Assembly (NCBI GenBank): GCA_963845515.1
Contig: CAWJSR010000024.1
Location: forward strand, 1 to 54,311
DNA: 54,311 nt
Direction of reading: 5' to 3'
Source: an uncultured delta proteobacterium
Lineage (GTDB): Bacteria > Myxococcota > Myxococcia > Myxococcales > Anaeromyxobacteraceae
Position numbers and translations under genes: made by a program. Positions 20,016 to 29,387 of this stretch are shown piece after piece (within the stretch, counting starts at the first letter, position 1; every line of letters starts with the position of its first letter). Under the pieces are notes generated by a model, which saw nothing but the letters and a program-made list of their open reading frames with translations, had not been told where the DNA came from and did no database searches.

Positions 20016-20179
20016 TATTTGTCCTTCGGGGCAGCGGGGCCGACCAGATCGACGGCCAACTCGACGGGCGCCTGAGGATCAAGAAGTTCGTTCACGAGCC
20101 CGAAGCGCACGTCGCGCCAGCTCACGCGGGTCCGCTCGCGGACAAACTGGTACGAAATGCGCAGCCGTACGATGTCCAT
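20015..20179 (-). pseudogene. Truncated DUF2247-like immunity gene fragment (54 aa, below the ORF-track cutoff)
   Basis: MDIVRLRISYQFVRERTRVSWRDVRFGLVNELLDPQAPVELAVDLVGPAAPKDK; resembles the DUF2247 N-terminus from memory; the stop overlaps the next ATG (TAATG). Confidence 0.45.
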
Positions 20180-20222
20180 GGCGTCACCTAACGACTTGGT
20201 TCTTTCGTCTGTGGCGTACGGC

Positions 20223-21140
20223 CTAGCGGATCGACTGGCCGAGCCTGTCCCAGCGAACGCCGTGGGGGCCGAAGGAGAAGTAGACGTACTTCACGTGCCC
20301 GAGGATCGAGCCCTCGGGGATCGGTCCGTATATCCGACTGTCCGCGGAGTGGTCGCGGTGATCGCCGAGGACGAAGACGTGTCCCGAGGGGACCTGCACT
20401 GGCGCGAAGTCGCCGCAGGCCATGAGCGGGGTGCAGTGCGTGCGGTACGCTCGCTCTGGCGCGCCCTCGACGAGTTCAACGCACGGATCCTTGCTCCAGG
20501 TGCCGTCGCCGGTGAGGCGTTCGTACGTGCAGGGCTCATCGACGCGCCGGCGGGGCGCCGGCACGCCGTTCAGGACGAGCTGCCCGTCGCGGACTTCCAC
20601 CGTGTCACCGCTGAGGGCGACGACACGCTTTATGAGCGGCTCCGCGCTGGCCGACCCGGGTGGCGCCGCATGCACGACGACCGCGCCGCGTTCGAGTCGG
20701 CTCGAGCGCACGACGACGACGGCATCTCCCACCGCGACGGTGGGGGTCATCGAGGCAGCAGGGACGTAGAACGTCTCCACGACATGGCGCTTCACTACGG
20801 GGCCCAGCGCGGCCGACATCGCCGTACTCGCGGCGTAGAACGCGATGAGCCCCAGCACCCGCAACGCGCGTCCGCTGCGTGGCGGGGGCGCGGTGCGGGC
20901 GACGCTCGCGGCGAGGATGGCCTGGAACGTCCAGAACGCAGTCAGGACCGCCGCAAAGGCCACGGCGGCGCGGAAGCCGTTGCGCATCGCGAGGGCCACA
21001 GCCAGCGCCCCCATCGTCCAGACGGCCTGGATCGCCAGCCCAGCGGCTGCCCGGCCCGCGTAGACGTGGCCGAGGCCGTTGCAGAGAAGGGAGAGCAGCA
21101 CCGCGAGCCAGGGGCGCCGAGAGGGAGGGGTGGAATCCAT
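20223..21140 (-). CDS. lepB: Signal peptidase I with extra N-terminal TM segments
   Basis: VPAASMTPTV (catalytic Ser), LIKRVVALSGD (catalytic Lys), FVLGDHRDHSADSRIYG. Confidence 0.92.
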   Translation of the reverse strand: MDSTPPSRRPWLAVLLSLLCNGLGHVYAGRAAAGLAIQAVWTMGALAVALAMRNGFRAAVAFAAVLTAFWTFQAILAASVARTAPPPRSGRALRVLGLIAFYAASTAMSAALGPVVKRHVVETFYVPAASMTPTVAVGDAVVVVRSSRLERGAVVVHAAPPGSASAEPLIKRVVALSGDTVEVRDGQLVLNGVPAPRRRVDEPCTYERLTGDGTWSKDPCVELVEGAPERAYRTHCTPLMACGDFAPVQVPSGHVFVLGDHRDHSADSRIYGPIPEGSILGHVKYVYFSFGPHGVRWDRLGQSIR

Positions 21141-21228
21141 TCACCCATCGCTAACACGACTGGAGGCCGCGGAAGATTCTTCTAGCGCGGGGGCCCGCCC
21201 CCGACGCCCCGGGCTCCCAGGACGGCAA

Positions 21229-21248
21229 CGGCCGCCTCTCGGCGGCCG
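21229..21248. terminator. Hairpin downstream of tRNA-Met
   Basis: GGCCGCC-TCTC-GGCGGCC stem-loop. Confidence 0.45.
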
Positions 21249-21261
21249 CTCTGGAATGAAG

Positions 21262-21335
21262 TGGTGAGGGGGAGAATCGAACTCCCGACCTGGGGATTAT
21301 GAGACCCCCGCTCTAGCCGACTGAGCTACCTCACC
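21262..21335 (-). tRNA. tRNA with CAT anticodon, probably elongator Met; CCA not encoded
   Basis: GGTGAGG/CCTCACC acceptor stem, TAGCTCAG D arm, loop CTCATAA, GTTCGATTC T loop; G1-C72 is paired (not initiator) and C4/C5 of Ile2 are absent. Confidence 0.93.
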
Positions 21336-21353
21336 GGGCCCTGAGAACGCGGG

Positions 21354-21382
21354 GTTATAGGGCCTGCTTTCGGGCGTGTCAA
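21354..21382 (-). promoter_or_regulatory. Sigma70 promoter of the tRNA
   Basis: TTGACA-N17-TATAAC followed by a GC-rich discriminator. Confidence 0.8.
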
Positions 21383-21538
21383 CGCGCCAGCAACGGCTGG
21401 CGGGCGTCCCCTGTTCAGCGGGTTCACCACCTGAAGCAGACGCCCCAGCCGGTCATACGGAAGGTGCAGCCGTTTTCTTGCCCGTCCGATACCACGTGCT
21501 ACATCAGCGACTGCGTCCGATATCGGAGGATACCGAAG

Positions 21539-21706
21539 ATGGCGAAGTCGCAGACTGCGGTCGTTGCCAGAATCGAAGCCGAGACCCGGCCGGAGCCACC
21601 GCTCCATCCCTCCGCCACACCCGTCCCCGCCGCCCCGCGTCGCGAGTCCAAGCCCGCCGAGCGGATCCGGGATGCGCTCCTGCAGTGGCTCGAGGAGGAG
21701 GCGTGA
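21539..21706 (+). CDS. Small protein (55 aa)
   Basis: RBS GGAGGA before the ATG; MAKSQTAVV...RIRDALLQWLEEEA; TGATG overlap with the next ORF. Confidence 0.6.
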   Translation: MAKSQTAVVARIEAETRPEPPLHPSATPVPAAPRRESKPAERIRDALLQWLEEEA

Positions 21707-21870
21707 TGCAGCAACTCCTCTTCTTCACCGACCTGCCGTCCCCCGAGTACGCGGAGCTGGAGGGGCTGATCGACCCCCGCCTGGACGCGGACTTCCTCGC
21801 CGAGATCGCGCAGGTCTTCGCCAGCCTCGACGAGGGTGCCGCCGAGCGCGTCGACGCCAACGCGGCGTAG
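21706..21870 (+). CDS. Small acidic protein (54 aa)
   Basis: RBS GAGGAGGAGG; MQQLLFFTDLPSPEYAELEGLIDPRLDADFLAEIAQVF; host-like codon usage. Confidence 0.65.
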   Translation: MQQLLFFTDLPSPEYAELEGLIDPRLDADFLAEIAQVFASLDEGAAERVDANAA

Positions 21871-21893
21871 GCGGCCCCTGCCGCTCCAGCCGG

Positions 21894-23213
21894 TCAGCGC
21901 CCGGCCGCGTCGCCGGGCGCGATGCGCGTCGAGAGCTGCTCGATCGCTGCTGCAGCCTCATGAGCCTGCGCGCGAACCGCGCGCTCCAGCCTCTCCTCCC
22001 CCTCGAGCTCGCGCCAGTAGCGGAGCGCCCACGGGACGGCCCCCTTCCACTCGGCGAGCGCGCTGCCGTGAGGTGGCGCCGGTTCGAAGCGGCGCTCCAC
22101 CAGGGTCTCGGCCGACGGAGCCAGGATCATCGGGAGCATGTCGTAAGACGGGGCGAGCCGGAGCGCTCCGGTGGGCTCCACGAAGAAGGTCACGTTCCAG
22201 AAGTGGCGGTCGGTGTTGCCGATGAGCTGACCGAACGCGTCGAGCCAGCGGAGGCGTGACGCGTCTGCAGCTGGCAGCGAGAAGGGCGCGGGGGTCAGGC
22301 GCCCCGCGGCGGCGGTCCAGTTGTCCAGTCGCCCGAACTCCTCGTTGTCGATCGCGCCCAGCGTCAGCACGGCTCTCCTGCCACGCGCGCCCACACGATC
22401 GAACCGGACGGTCTCGAGGAAGCGCCAGCCCTCGACGTCCAGCCACCTCGCCTCCGCCGCGGCCACGCCCGCCTCCGCCATCAGCGTCAGCGCGCGCCAC
22501 TCGCACCAGAGCAGGTCTCTCCAGCGGCGAGCCGCCGGCGAGTCGCCGGGCGGCGCGAACTTCACGAGGACGTGGCGCCCCGCCGAGAAGGCGCCGAACT
22601 TCGGGCGCTCACCGCCCGCCGACGAACCCGCCGCGTCGCGTGCGGAGCCCTGGGCAAGGGCGGGATAGTCGGCCGCGTCCACCTCTCGCGGCGTCCACCT
22701 GAGAAACCGCGCGAGCGACTCGCCGCCCACCAGCAGGTCCCCGACGGAGTCCTCACCCCGGAGCGCCAGCGCACGAAGGCGATGGTCGTCGCTCCAGTCG
22801 GTGACGCGCTGCGGGAGGCCGAGCTCCGGGAAGCGCTCCGGGAAGCCGTGGCCCAGGTAGCCCTGGGGAGCCATGTCGGCGAGTACCGGCGGAAGCCCAG
22901 TGAAGACGCGCGCCGTCGCCGCTTCCTGCAGCAACGTGCCGCCGCCCAGCAGGAAGGTGAGTCCCCCCGCCGCTCGCGCCTCGCCGTCAATCCCCACCCG
23001 GTAGAGCTCGGCGCCGCGTCCGACTCCCTCGACGACGCGCGTCCGCGCGTAGCGGACCGCTCGCGCCCGACCGAACCGGACCACCTCGCTCCCCGCCGCC
23101 GCCACGAGCCGTGACAGGGTCGCGGGCGACACCCCGAGCGCAGCCCGGACGTCGGCCGCCAGCAGCGCTCCGGGGCGCGACAGGAGTTGCAGGAGGTCGT
23201 CTACGGAGGCCAC
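21894..23213 (-). CDS. yjjJ: HipA-family kinase toxin YjjJ with an N-terminal HTH
   Basis: LGVSPATLSRL HTH, DMAPQGYLG, GSSAGGERPKF, VLVKF, RFDR, FGQLIGNTDRHFWN, LAPSYDMLPM. Confidence 0.92.
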   Translation of the reverse strand: MASVDDLLQLLSRPGALLAADVRAALGVSPATLSRLVAAAGSEVVRFGRARAVRYARTRVVEGVGRGAELYRVGIDGEARAAGGLTFLLGGGTLLQEAATARVFTGLPPVLADMAPQGYLGHGFPERFPELGLPQRVTDWSDDHRLRALALRGEDSVGDLLVGGESLARFLRWTPREVDAADYPALAQGSARDAAGSSAGGERPKFGAFSAGRHVLVKFAPPGDSPAARRWRDLLWCEWRALTLMAEAGVAAAEARWLDVEGWRFLETVRFDRVGARGRRAVLTLGAIDNEEFGRLDNWTAAAGRLTPAPFSLPAADASRLRWLDAFGQLIGNTDRHFWNVTFFVEPTGALRLAPSYDMLPMILAPSAETLVERRFEPAPPHGSALAEWKGAVPWALRYWRELEGEERLERAVRAQAHEAAAAIEQLSTRIAPGDAAGR

Positions 23214-23320
23214 GGCATGAAACGATACCTGAAACGCTTGCCAGCGGCTATAGGCTGTAGTTACGGGCTGTTACGGGTGCGCTCGGATGAACGGCTGAAA
23301 CGATTCTGAAGGTGGCCCAG

Positions 23321-23361
23321 CCCCCTCACCTGACCTCTCCCCCGCGGGGGCGGGGGAGAGG
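23321..23361 (+). repeat. REP-like palindrome copy 1
   Basis: CCCTCACC-TGA-CCTCTCCCCCGC-GGGG-GCGGGGGAGAGG, a perfect 12-bp stem. Confidence 0.75.
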
Positions 23362-24444
23362 AGTATTCCCTGCGGTCGTCCCGCCCGGCGCTGCGCCCTC
23401 CTCGGCGCGGTACCCCTCCTCCTCCTCCTCCAGCCCCTCCGACACCTCCGACGACGCGGCGAAGAGCTTCGTCAGCTGGATGTGGTTCGAGAAGAGGAAG
23501 ACCATCCCGAAGAGGACCTGCTGGCCGATCTGGGCAGCCCACATGACGTTGGCGTAGGCCATCCCGCGCGTGTGAACCGCCACGCTCCCCTCGAACAGCC
23601 CGAGCCCGATGAGGATGGCACCCTGGAACGTCCCGACCATCCCGGGCCCGGCCGGGATCATCACACCGACCACCAGCATCCCGAGGACGGCGCAGGCCTG
23701 GACGGGCGAGAGGTCGAAGCCGAAGCCGCGGGCCAGGACCGACATCCCCCAGGCGTTGAGCCCCCAGTACGCGAAGGTGAGCAGGACGAAGAGCGCCATC
23801 TTCCGCCGGCTCGGCACGAGCCGCAGCCCGTGGATGAAGGCGTCCATCATCCCGCCGACCCGCCCGGCCAGCTTCGGAGAGAAGGGGCCGACCAGCTTCG
23901 CGGTCAGGCGCACCGCGAGCTCACGGTTCCGGTACGCGACGACGAGGAACGCGAGCGCCCCGAGGAAGGCGGCCGAGACCATCACGCCGCCGGCTCGGAG
24001 GACCCGGACGCCCTGCACGTCGTCCGGCACGGCGAGGAGCGTCACCACCAGGAGGAGGCCGGTGAAGATCCCGTCGGCCACCCGCTCGACGACGACGCTC
24101 GAGAGCGCCGCCGAGACCCGCAGCTTCGGCCGCTGGGCCACCAGGTAGGGCCTCGCGAACTCGCCGAGCCGGAACGGGAGGACCACCAGCGCCATGAAGC
24201 CGACCGCCGCCGCAGCGTTGAGCCTCGCGAACGGCACCTTCGCCACCGGCTCCAGCAGGATCCCCCAGCGGACGGTCCGGCAGAGGTGAACCAGGGTGAG
24301 GATCCCCAGATACGGGACCAGGTAGCGGTAGTCGGCCTGCTGCATCTCCGCCCAGATCGCCCCGAGGTCCTTGCCTCGAAGCGTGAGCCAGAGTGCGACG
24401 CCGGAGACCGTCAGGCCTGCGAGCGCCTGGATGATGCGCTTCAC
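23326..24444 (-). CDS. Lysylphosphatidylglycerol synthase TM-domain (flippase-like) protein
   Basis: RTVRWGILL, LPFRLGEFARPY, SVVVERVAD, IPAGPGMVGTFQ; multiple TM helices. Confidence 0.9.
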   Translation of the reverse strand: MKRIIQALAGLTVSGVALWLTLRGKDLGAIWAEMQQADYRYLVPYLGILTLVHLCRTVRWGILLEPVAKVPFARLNAAAAVGFMALVVLPFRLGEFARPYLVAQRPKLRVSAALSSVVVERVADGIFTGLLLVVTLLAVPDDVQGVRVLRAGGVMVSAAFLGALAFLVVAYRNRELAVRLTAKLVGPFSPKLAGRVGGMMDAFIHGLRLVPSRRKMALFVLLTFAYWGLNAWGMSVLARGFGFDLSPVQACAVLGMLVVGVMIPAGPGMVGTFQGAILIGLGLFEGSVAVHTRGMAYANVMWAAQIGQQVLFGMVFLFSNHIQLTKLFAASSEVSEGLEEEEEGYRAEEGAAPGGTTAGNTPLPRPRGGEVR

Positions 24445-25181
24445 GGTAGCTCCTCCCCGGCGAGGATCCGCCTCGGGTTATCGCCGCAGAGCCGGTCCAG
24501 CTCGGCGTTGCCGGCGCGCTTGTCGAGCGCCATCAGGGCCTCGGGGAGCCACTCCTGTGCCCCCTCGGGGTGATGCAGGTCGGTCGCCGCCACGGAGTAG
24601 AGCCCCGCGTCCAGGAGCCGCTCCGCCTGCTTGCGCACCGGGCGGCCGTAGATGCCCACGAGCGCTCCCAGGTTGAGCTGGAGGGCCGCGCCGAGCCGCA
24701 CCGCCTCCTCCGCCCTCCCCGGCTTGTCGAACTCGACGCAGCGCTCCGGATGCGCGATGAGCGGCCGGACCGAGCGGCGGGCCAGGTGGAAGAGCAGGTC
24801 GGGCAGCGCCGGCACGCTCGCGCGGAACGGCAGCTCGACCAGCGCCCAGCGGCCGGTGGCGCCGAGGCCGCGCCGGAGCCCGGGCTCGAGCCGCTCCAGG
24901 TAGCTGGCGTCGAGCACGTTCTCCGCGCCGCCGTGGAGCTTGAGCGGGATCTTCTCGAGGTCCAGCAGCGCCTGCGCCTCGGCGAGCCGGGCTGCGCAAG
25001 CGGACGCGTCGCGGCTCGGGAAGAGCGGGTGCGCGTGCGGCGTGGGCGCCGACTCCCGCCAGCCCAGCTCCACGAGGAGACGCCCCGCTGCGAGCGTCTC
25101 TTCGGGAGTCTGGCACCCATCATCGAGGGCCCAGAGGAGATGGCTGTGAAGGTCGACGAAGGCCATCGGGCGGCCGCTCAT
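24441..25181 (-). CDS. CpsB/YwqE-type PHP tyrosine-protein phosphatase
   Basis: VDLHSHLL..LDDG, TPH, LVELP, IAHPER, ATDLH. Confidence 0.92.
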   Translation of the reverse strand: MSGRPMAFVDLHSHLLWALDDGCQTPEETLAAGRLLVELGWRESAPTPHAHPLFPSRDASACAARLAEAQALLDLEKIPLKLHGGAENVLDASYLERLEPGLRRGLGATGRWALVELPFRASVPALPDLLFHLARRSVRPLIAHPERCVEFDKPGRAEEAVRLGAALQLNLGALVGIYGRPVRKQAERLLDAGLYSVAATDLHHPEGAQEWLPEALMALDKRAGNAELDRLCGDNPRRILAGEELP

Positions 25182-25214
25182 ACCACGCGACCGCCGCCTC
25201 GACCAGCCGAAGGG

Positions 25215-25730
25215 TCAGGTCCCGGTGCAGGTCGCCGGCAGGTGTGGGCGCATCGCGTCCAGCACCTGCTGCTTCCGGACCGCCCCCTCGAACACACGGA
25301 TCACCTTCCCCTCGGTGTCGACCAGGTAGCTGCTCGGGAAGCCGTAGACGTTCCAGGCCACGGCCGCGTCTCCGCGAGGGTCGGTGAGGATCGGGTACGG
25401 GATGGAGCGGGACGCGGTCGCGAGGTCGGCTGGCGGCGACTGCTCCGCCACCCCGAGCAGCTCGAAGCAGCCAGCCTTCTGCTCACGCCACAGCTCGGCC
25501 AGCTCCGGGATCTCGGCGCGGCAGGGCGGGCACCAGGTGGCCCAGAAGTTCACGAGCACCACCCGGCCACGGAGCGCCTCGATGTCGACGGTGCGGCCAC
25601 CGAGATCGGGCAGCGAGAGCGGCGGCGCCGAGGCCCCATCGTTCACGGCGGATCGCGGGCGCCGCAGCAGCAGCTGCGTCCCGACCAGCGCGACGACGAA
25701 GATCAGCCCGAGCTTGATCCAGCGGTTCAT
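25215..25730 (-). CDS. TlpA/ResA-family thiol-disulfide oxidoreductase
   Basis: N-terminal anchor, LVNFWATWCPPCRAEIPEL, GFPSSYLVD. Confidence 0.92.
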   Translation of the reverse strand: MNRWIKLGLIFVVALVGTQLLLRRPRSAVNDGASAPPLSLPDLGGRTVDIEALRGRVVLVNFWATWCPPCRAEIPELAELWREQKAGCFELLGVAEQSPPADLATASRSIPYPILTDPRGDAAVAWNVYGFPSSYLVDTEGKVIRVFEGAVRKQQVLDAMRPHLPATCTGT

Positions 25731-25770
25731 GAGACCTCGAGTATATGCCTGCGGCGACTCCCACTGACGT

Positions 25771-28365
25771 ATGATCCCGAAACTCGTGATTGGATTCTCA
25801 GCTGCCCTCCTGGCCGCCGCCCTGGCCCAGGCCGACGCTGCCACCATCGCACCACCCCCTCCGGGCGACGGCGCGGCGGAGGCAGGCGCCGCTGCTGGCG
25901 TCCTGACGCGCGCCCCCGAGCTGCTACAGTTCGTCCCCGCCCCCTTCCCCGCCGAGGCCGAGGCGGCCGGCGCGACGGGCTCGGTGGTCCTGTCCATCGT
26001 CATCGGCGAGGACGGGACGGTGACCGGCGTGAAGGTGATCGACCCCGGCCCTCACCCCTCCTTCGCGCCAGCGGCCGAGGCGGCCGTCCGCCAGTTCACG
26101 TTCCGGCCGGCCGAGATCGACGGAAAGCCGGCCCCGGTGGAGATCGAGTACCGGTACGACTTCGTCCTGAAGCGAGAGCCGGCGCCTGCCCAGACCGAGG
26201 CCCCCTTCCTCCTGGCAGGGCGGGTCGTCGAGCGAGGCACCCGCACCCCCATCGTCGGCGCGGCCATCGAGGCAGGCGGCGTGACCGCCGAGACAGACGC
26301 CGAGGGGCGCTTCGCGCTCCGGGGGCTGACTCCAGGCGAGCTGGAGCTCCGCGTCGTCTCCCCGGAGCACGAGCCCCTGAAGGTGAAGGAGGTCATCGTC
26401 GCCGACAGGGCGGTCGAGGTGGAGTACCGGCTCACCCGGCGCCACTACGATCCCTACGAGGCGGTCGTTCGCGGCGAGCGTCCACGCCGCGAGGTCTCGG
26501 TCAGGACGGTGGCGATGGAGGAGGTCCGGACGGTCGCGGGCACGCAGGGAGACGTCCTCAAGGTCGTCCAGAACCTGCCGGGCGTGGCGCGCAGCCCGTT
26601 CGGCATCGGGCTCCTGGTCGTCCGTGGCTCGGATCCGGCCGACACGGCAGTCTTCTTCGACGGCATCCCCATCCCGCTCGTCTTCCACTTCGGCGGCCTC
26701 ACCTCGGTCATCTCGTCGGACGTCATCGAGGGGCTCGACTTCTACCCGGGCAACTTCGGCACCCGCTTCGGCCGCGCCACCGGCGGCGCCGTGGAGATCC
26801 GCTCCAAGGAGCCGCGCGACGCCTTCCACGGGCTCGCGCAGGTCGACCTGTACGACGGCAGGGCGCAGGCGGAGGGCTCGCTCCTCGGCGGCACGCTCGT
26901 CCTCTCGGTCCGCCGCAGCTGGGTCGACGCGGTGCTGAGCGTCGCCCTCCCGAAGGTCGCCCCCGAGGCGGCCGACAACCTCCGGATCGCCCCGCGCTAC
27001 TACGACTACCAGGCGAAGTATTCGCGCCCGCTCGGGCGCGGGACGCTCTCGCTCTCCGCCTTCGGGACCGACGACAAGCTCGAGTTCGTGGAGGGGGGCG
27101 ATCAGGCCGGCGGGCCAGGCTTCTTCCTGGGCACCCTCTTCCACCGCGGCGCTGCCCGGTGGCGCGCCGCCTTCGGCGACGTGCAGAGCGACCTGGTGCT
27201 CTACGGAGGCCGCGACAGCTTCGACATCCTGCAGGGGGGCGCCTTCGGCGTCCTCTCCGAGGTCTGGAGGCTCGGCCTGCGCGAGACGGCGCGCTGGCGG
27301 GTCTCGGACTCGCTCACGCTGGAAGGCGGGCTGGACTCCGAGGTCAACCGGCTCGAGTACTCCCTCTACTCGGGAAAGTCGGGATCGTCCGGCAGCGCCA
27401 TCGAGAGCACCATCGACGAGAAGGCCACGGGCGCGTGGCTGGCCCCGGGGGCCTGGATCGAGGCGGAGTGGCAGCCGGTGTCGAACGTTCGCCTCGTCGG
27501 AGGGCTCCGGGCCGACTACGACTCCCGCCTGAAGACGGCGCGCGGCTGGATCGATCCGCGCGCGACGCTCTTCTGGGATCCGCGGCCGGGGACGACGCTG
27601 TCGGCCGCCGTCGGGGTCTTCGGGAAGGCCCCCGAGCCGGGCGAGCTGACCGAGCTCTTCGGCAGCACCAGCCTCGTCCCATCGCGAGCCGCCCACTACA
27701 CGGTCGGCGTCCGGCAGGGGCTCCCCTGGGGGAGCAGCCTCGAGGCGACCGCCTTCTACAAGTCGCTCTGGCGCGTGGTCTCGAGCGTGCACGTCACGAA
27801 CCCCGCCGACGGCACCCCGCGGCTCTCGAACGAGGGGCGCGGCGAGGCGATCGGTGCCGAGCTCCTGCTCCGGAAGGATCTCGCGAAGGGACTCTTCGGC
27901 TGGATCTCCTACACCTGGTCCCGCGCCCTCCGGCTCGATGATCCCAGCCAGCGCTCCTACCCGGACTGGCACCTCTTCAGCCTCGACCAGACGCACAACC
28001 TGACGGTCATCCTCTCCTACCGGCTGCCGGGCGAGTGGATCGTCGGGACGCGCATCCGCGCGGTGAGCGGCAACCCCTACACGCCTTACGACGGGCACTA
28101 CGCCGTGGCCGACAAGGGGGGCTACCTCGGCATCCCATCGTCAGACATCCTCTCCCGCCGCGTCTCCCCGTTCTTCCAGGCGGACGTGCGCGTGGACAAG
28201 CGGTGGGTCTACGAGCGCTGGATGATGTCCGTCTACCTCGACGTTCAGAACGCGACCAACGCCTCCAACGCCGAGCTCCGCGTCCCGAGCTACGACTACA
28301 CCTCGACGGTCGAGATCCCCGGACTCCCGATCTTCCCTACCCTCGGGCTGCGCGCCGAATGGTGA
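25771..28365 (+). CDS. TonB-dependent receptor with N-terminal TonB_C and carboxypeptidase-regulatory-like domains
   Basis: TonB_C (GSVVLSIVIGEDGTV...FTFRPAEIDGKPAPV), plug (GTQGDVLKVVQNLPGVAR...LVVRGS), barrel ending LGLRAEW. Confidence 0.92.
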   Translation: MIPKLVIGFSAALLAAALAQADAATIAPPPPGDGAAEAGAAAGVLTRAPELLQFVPAPFPAEAEAAGATGSVVLSIVIGEDGTVTGVKVIDPGPHPSFAPAAEAAVRQFTFRPAEIDGKPAPVEIEYRYDFVLKREPAPAQTEAPFLLAGRVVERGTRTPIVGAAIEAGGVTAETDAEGRFALRGLTPGELELRVVSPEHEPLKVKEVIVADRAVEVEYRLTRRHYDPYEAVVRGERPRREVSVRTVAMEEVRTVAGTQGDVLKVVQNLPGVARSPFGIGLLVVRGSDPADTAVFFDGIPIPLVFHFGGLTSVISSDVIEGLDFYPGNFGTRFGRATGGAVEIRSKEPRDAFHGLAQVDLYDGRAQAEGSLLGGTLVLSVRRSWVDAVLSVALPKVAPEAADNLRIAPRYYDYQAKYSRPLGRGTLSLSAFGTDDKLEFVEGGDQAGGPGFFLGTLFHRGAARWRAAFGDVQSDLVLYGGRDSFDILQGGAFGVLSEVWRLGLRETARWRVSDSLTLEGGLDSEVNRLEYSLYSGKSGSSGSAIESTIDEKATGAWLAPGAWIEAEWQPVSNVRLVGGLRADYDSRLKTARGWIDPRATLFWDPRPGTTLSAAVGVFGKAPEPGELTELFGSTSLVPSRAAHYTVGVRQGLPWGSSLEATAFYKSLWRVVSSVHVTNPADGTPRLSNEGRGEAIGAELLLRKDLAKGLFGWISYTWSRALRLDDPSQRSYPDWHLFSLDQTHNLTVILSYRLPGEWIVGTRIRAVSGNPYTPYDGHYAVADKGGYLGIPSSDILSRRVSPFFQADVRVDKRWVYERWMMSVYLDVQNATNASNAELRVPSYDYTSTVEIPGLPIFPTLGLRAEW

Positions 28366-28370
28366 CGACG

Positions 28371-29387
28371 ATGAAGCCCCTTCGCCTGCTCGCCCCGCTC
28401 ATCTCGCTCGCCGCAGCGTGCGGCCTGGACGCGCCGCAGCAGTACCTCGTCCCCGATCTCCGGGTCGTCGCGATCGGCGCGTCGGCGAGCGGCGGGCCCT
28501 ACGCGGACGCCGACATCACCGAGACCGTGACCCTCGAGGCGCTGGTGCTCAACCCGCTCGGGCGCACCGGCGTGACGCTGGAGTGGTACGGCTGCCTCCC
28601 TGCGCTGCCCGGCGCGCTCGCCCCCTGCGAGGATCCCGACGTGCTGCGCGACCCGCAGGTGCTGCGCGACCGCGCCTCGCTCGGCGACACCGCCGGCCCC
28701 TTCCACATCGCCACCGGGAGCCCGGCACCGGTCACGCTCGACCTCTCGGTGGCCCAGGAGGAGATCCTCCTGGCGGCGACCGACCTCCTCGTCGTGCAGG
28801 CGACGACGACGAAGCGGCTGCAGTGCGTGCTCTACTTCGAGCTGCCGATCGTCGCCGTCGTCACCGAAGACTCGGGCGAGGTGACCGAGCTGGCGCTGAA
28901 GTACGTCCGGATCGCGCCGGCCGCTGCGCAGGCGGCCTTCCCCGGCGCCTACGAGCGCAACACGAACCCGGTGATCGCGGCGCGCGAGGTGAACCCGGCC
29001 GTCCCGGACGACTGCACCGGCGGCGTCCCCCTCACCGGCACGCTCCCCGCCGCGGAGGCCACCGTCTGCGCCCGGGCGACGCCGGACTCGCCGCAGGACT
29101 ACAAGCGCTGCGATGAAGGCGGCGCGCCGAGCGTGCCGAACGAAGTCGAGGACCTGGACTGGCAGTGGTACGCGAGCGCCGGGGAGATCGCCCAGGCGGG
29201 GTTCAACGGCAACGTCACCGCCAACCCGATCGACTTCACGCCGCCAGCCGGCCCCTTCACGCTCTGGACGATCGTCCGCGACGGACGCGGCGGCACCGAC
29301 TGGGCGCCGAGGCCCTTGGCAGGCGTCACGCGGGATCGCGCCTGCCGACACCGCTCCCCATCAGGACCTTCAGGTCGTCGTCGGTGA
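28371..29387 (+). CDS. Cys-rich lipoprotein partner of the TonB receptor
   Basis: Lipobox LAAAC, DLRVVAI, C-terminal LWTIVRDGRGGTDW; 3' end overlaps mlaD by about 60 nt and is uncertain. Confidence 0.8.
   Translation: MKPLRLLAPLISLAAACGLDAPQQYLVPDLRVVAIGASASGGPYADADITETVTLEALVLNPLGRTGVTLEWYGCLPALPGALAPCEDPDVLRDPQVLRDRASLGDTAGPFHIATGSPAPVTLDLSVAQEEILLAATDLLVVQATTTKRLQCVLYFELPIVAVVTEDSGEVTELALKYVRIAPAAAQAAFPGAYERNTNPVIAAREVNPAVPDDCTGGVPLTGTLPAAEATVCARATPDSPQDYKRCDEGGAPSVPNEVEDLDWQWYASAGEIAQAGFNGNVTANPIDFTPPAGPFTLWTIVRDGRGGTDWAPRPLAGVTRDRACRHRSPSGPSGRRR

Noticed and set aside
20180..20215. Integron attC-like core GTTAGGT just before the ATG of the DUF2247-like ORF
   Set aside because: Only a right half-site is present; there is no matching RYYYAAC arm, no other attC and no integrase in the window
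21262..21335. Initiator tRNA-fMet or tRNA-Ile2; att duplication of its 3' end
   Set aside because: Positions 1-72 are paired and the Ile2 acceptor determinants are absent; no repeat of the 3' end was found near 16.4 kb
24570..27941. 1123-aa ORF and many other long Arg/Pro/Gly-rich or antisense ORFs (e.g. 7235-9436, 25924-28098, 29113-31056, 37445-39418)
   Set aside because: Shadow frames of well-supported genes in high-GC DNA, with no motifs
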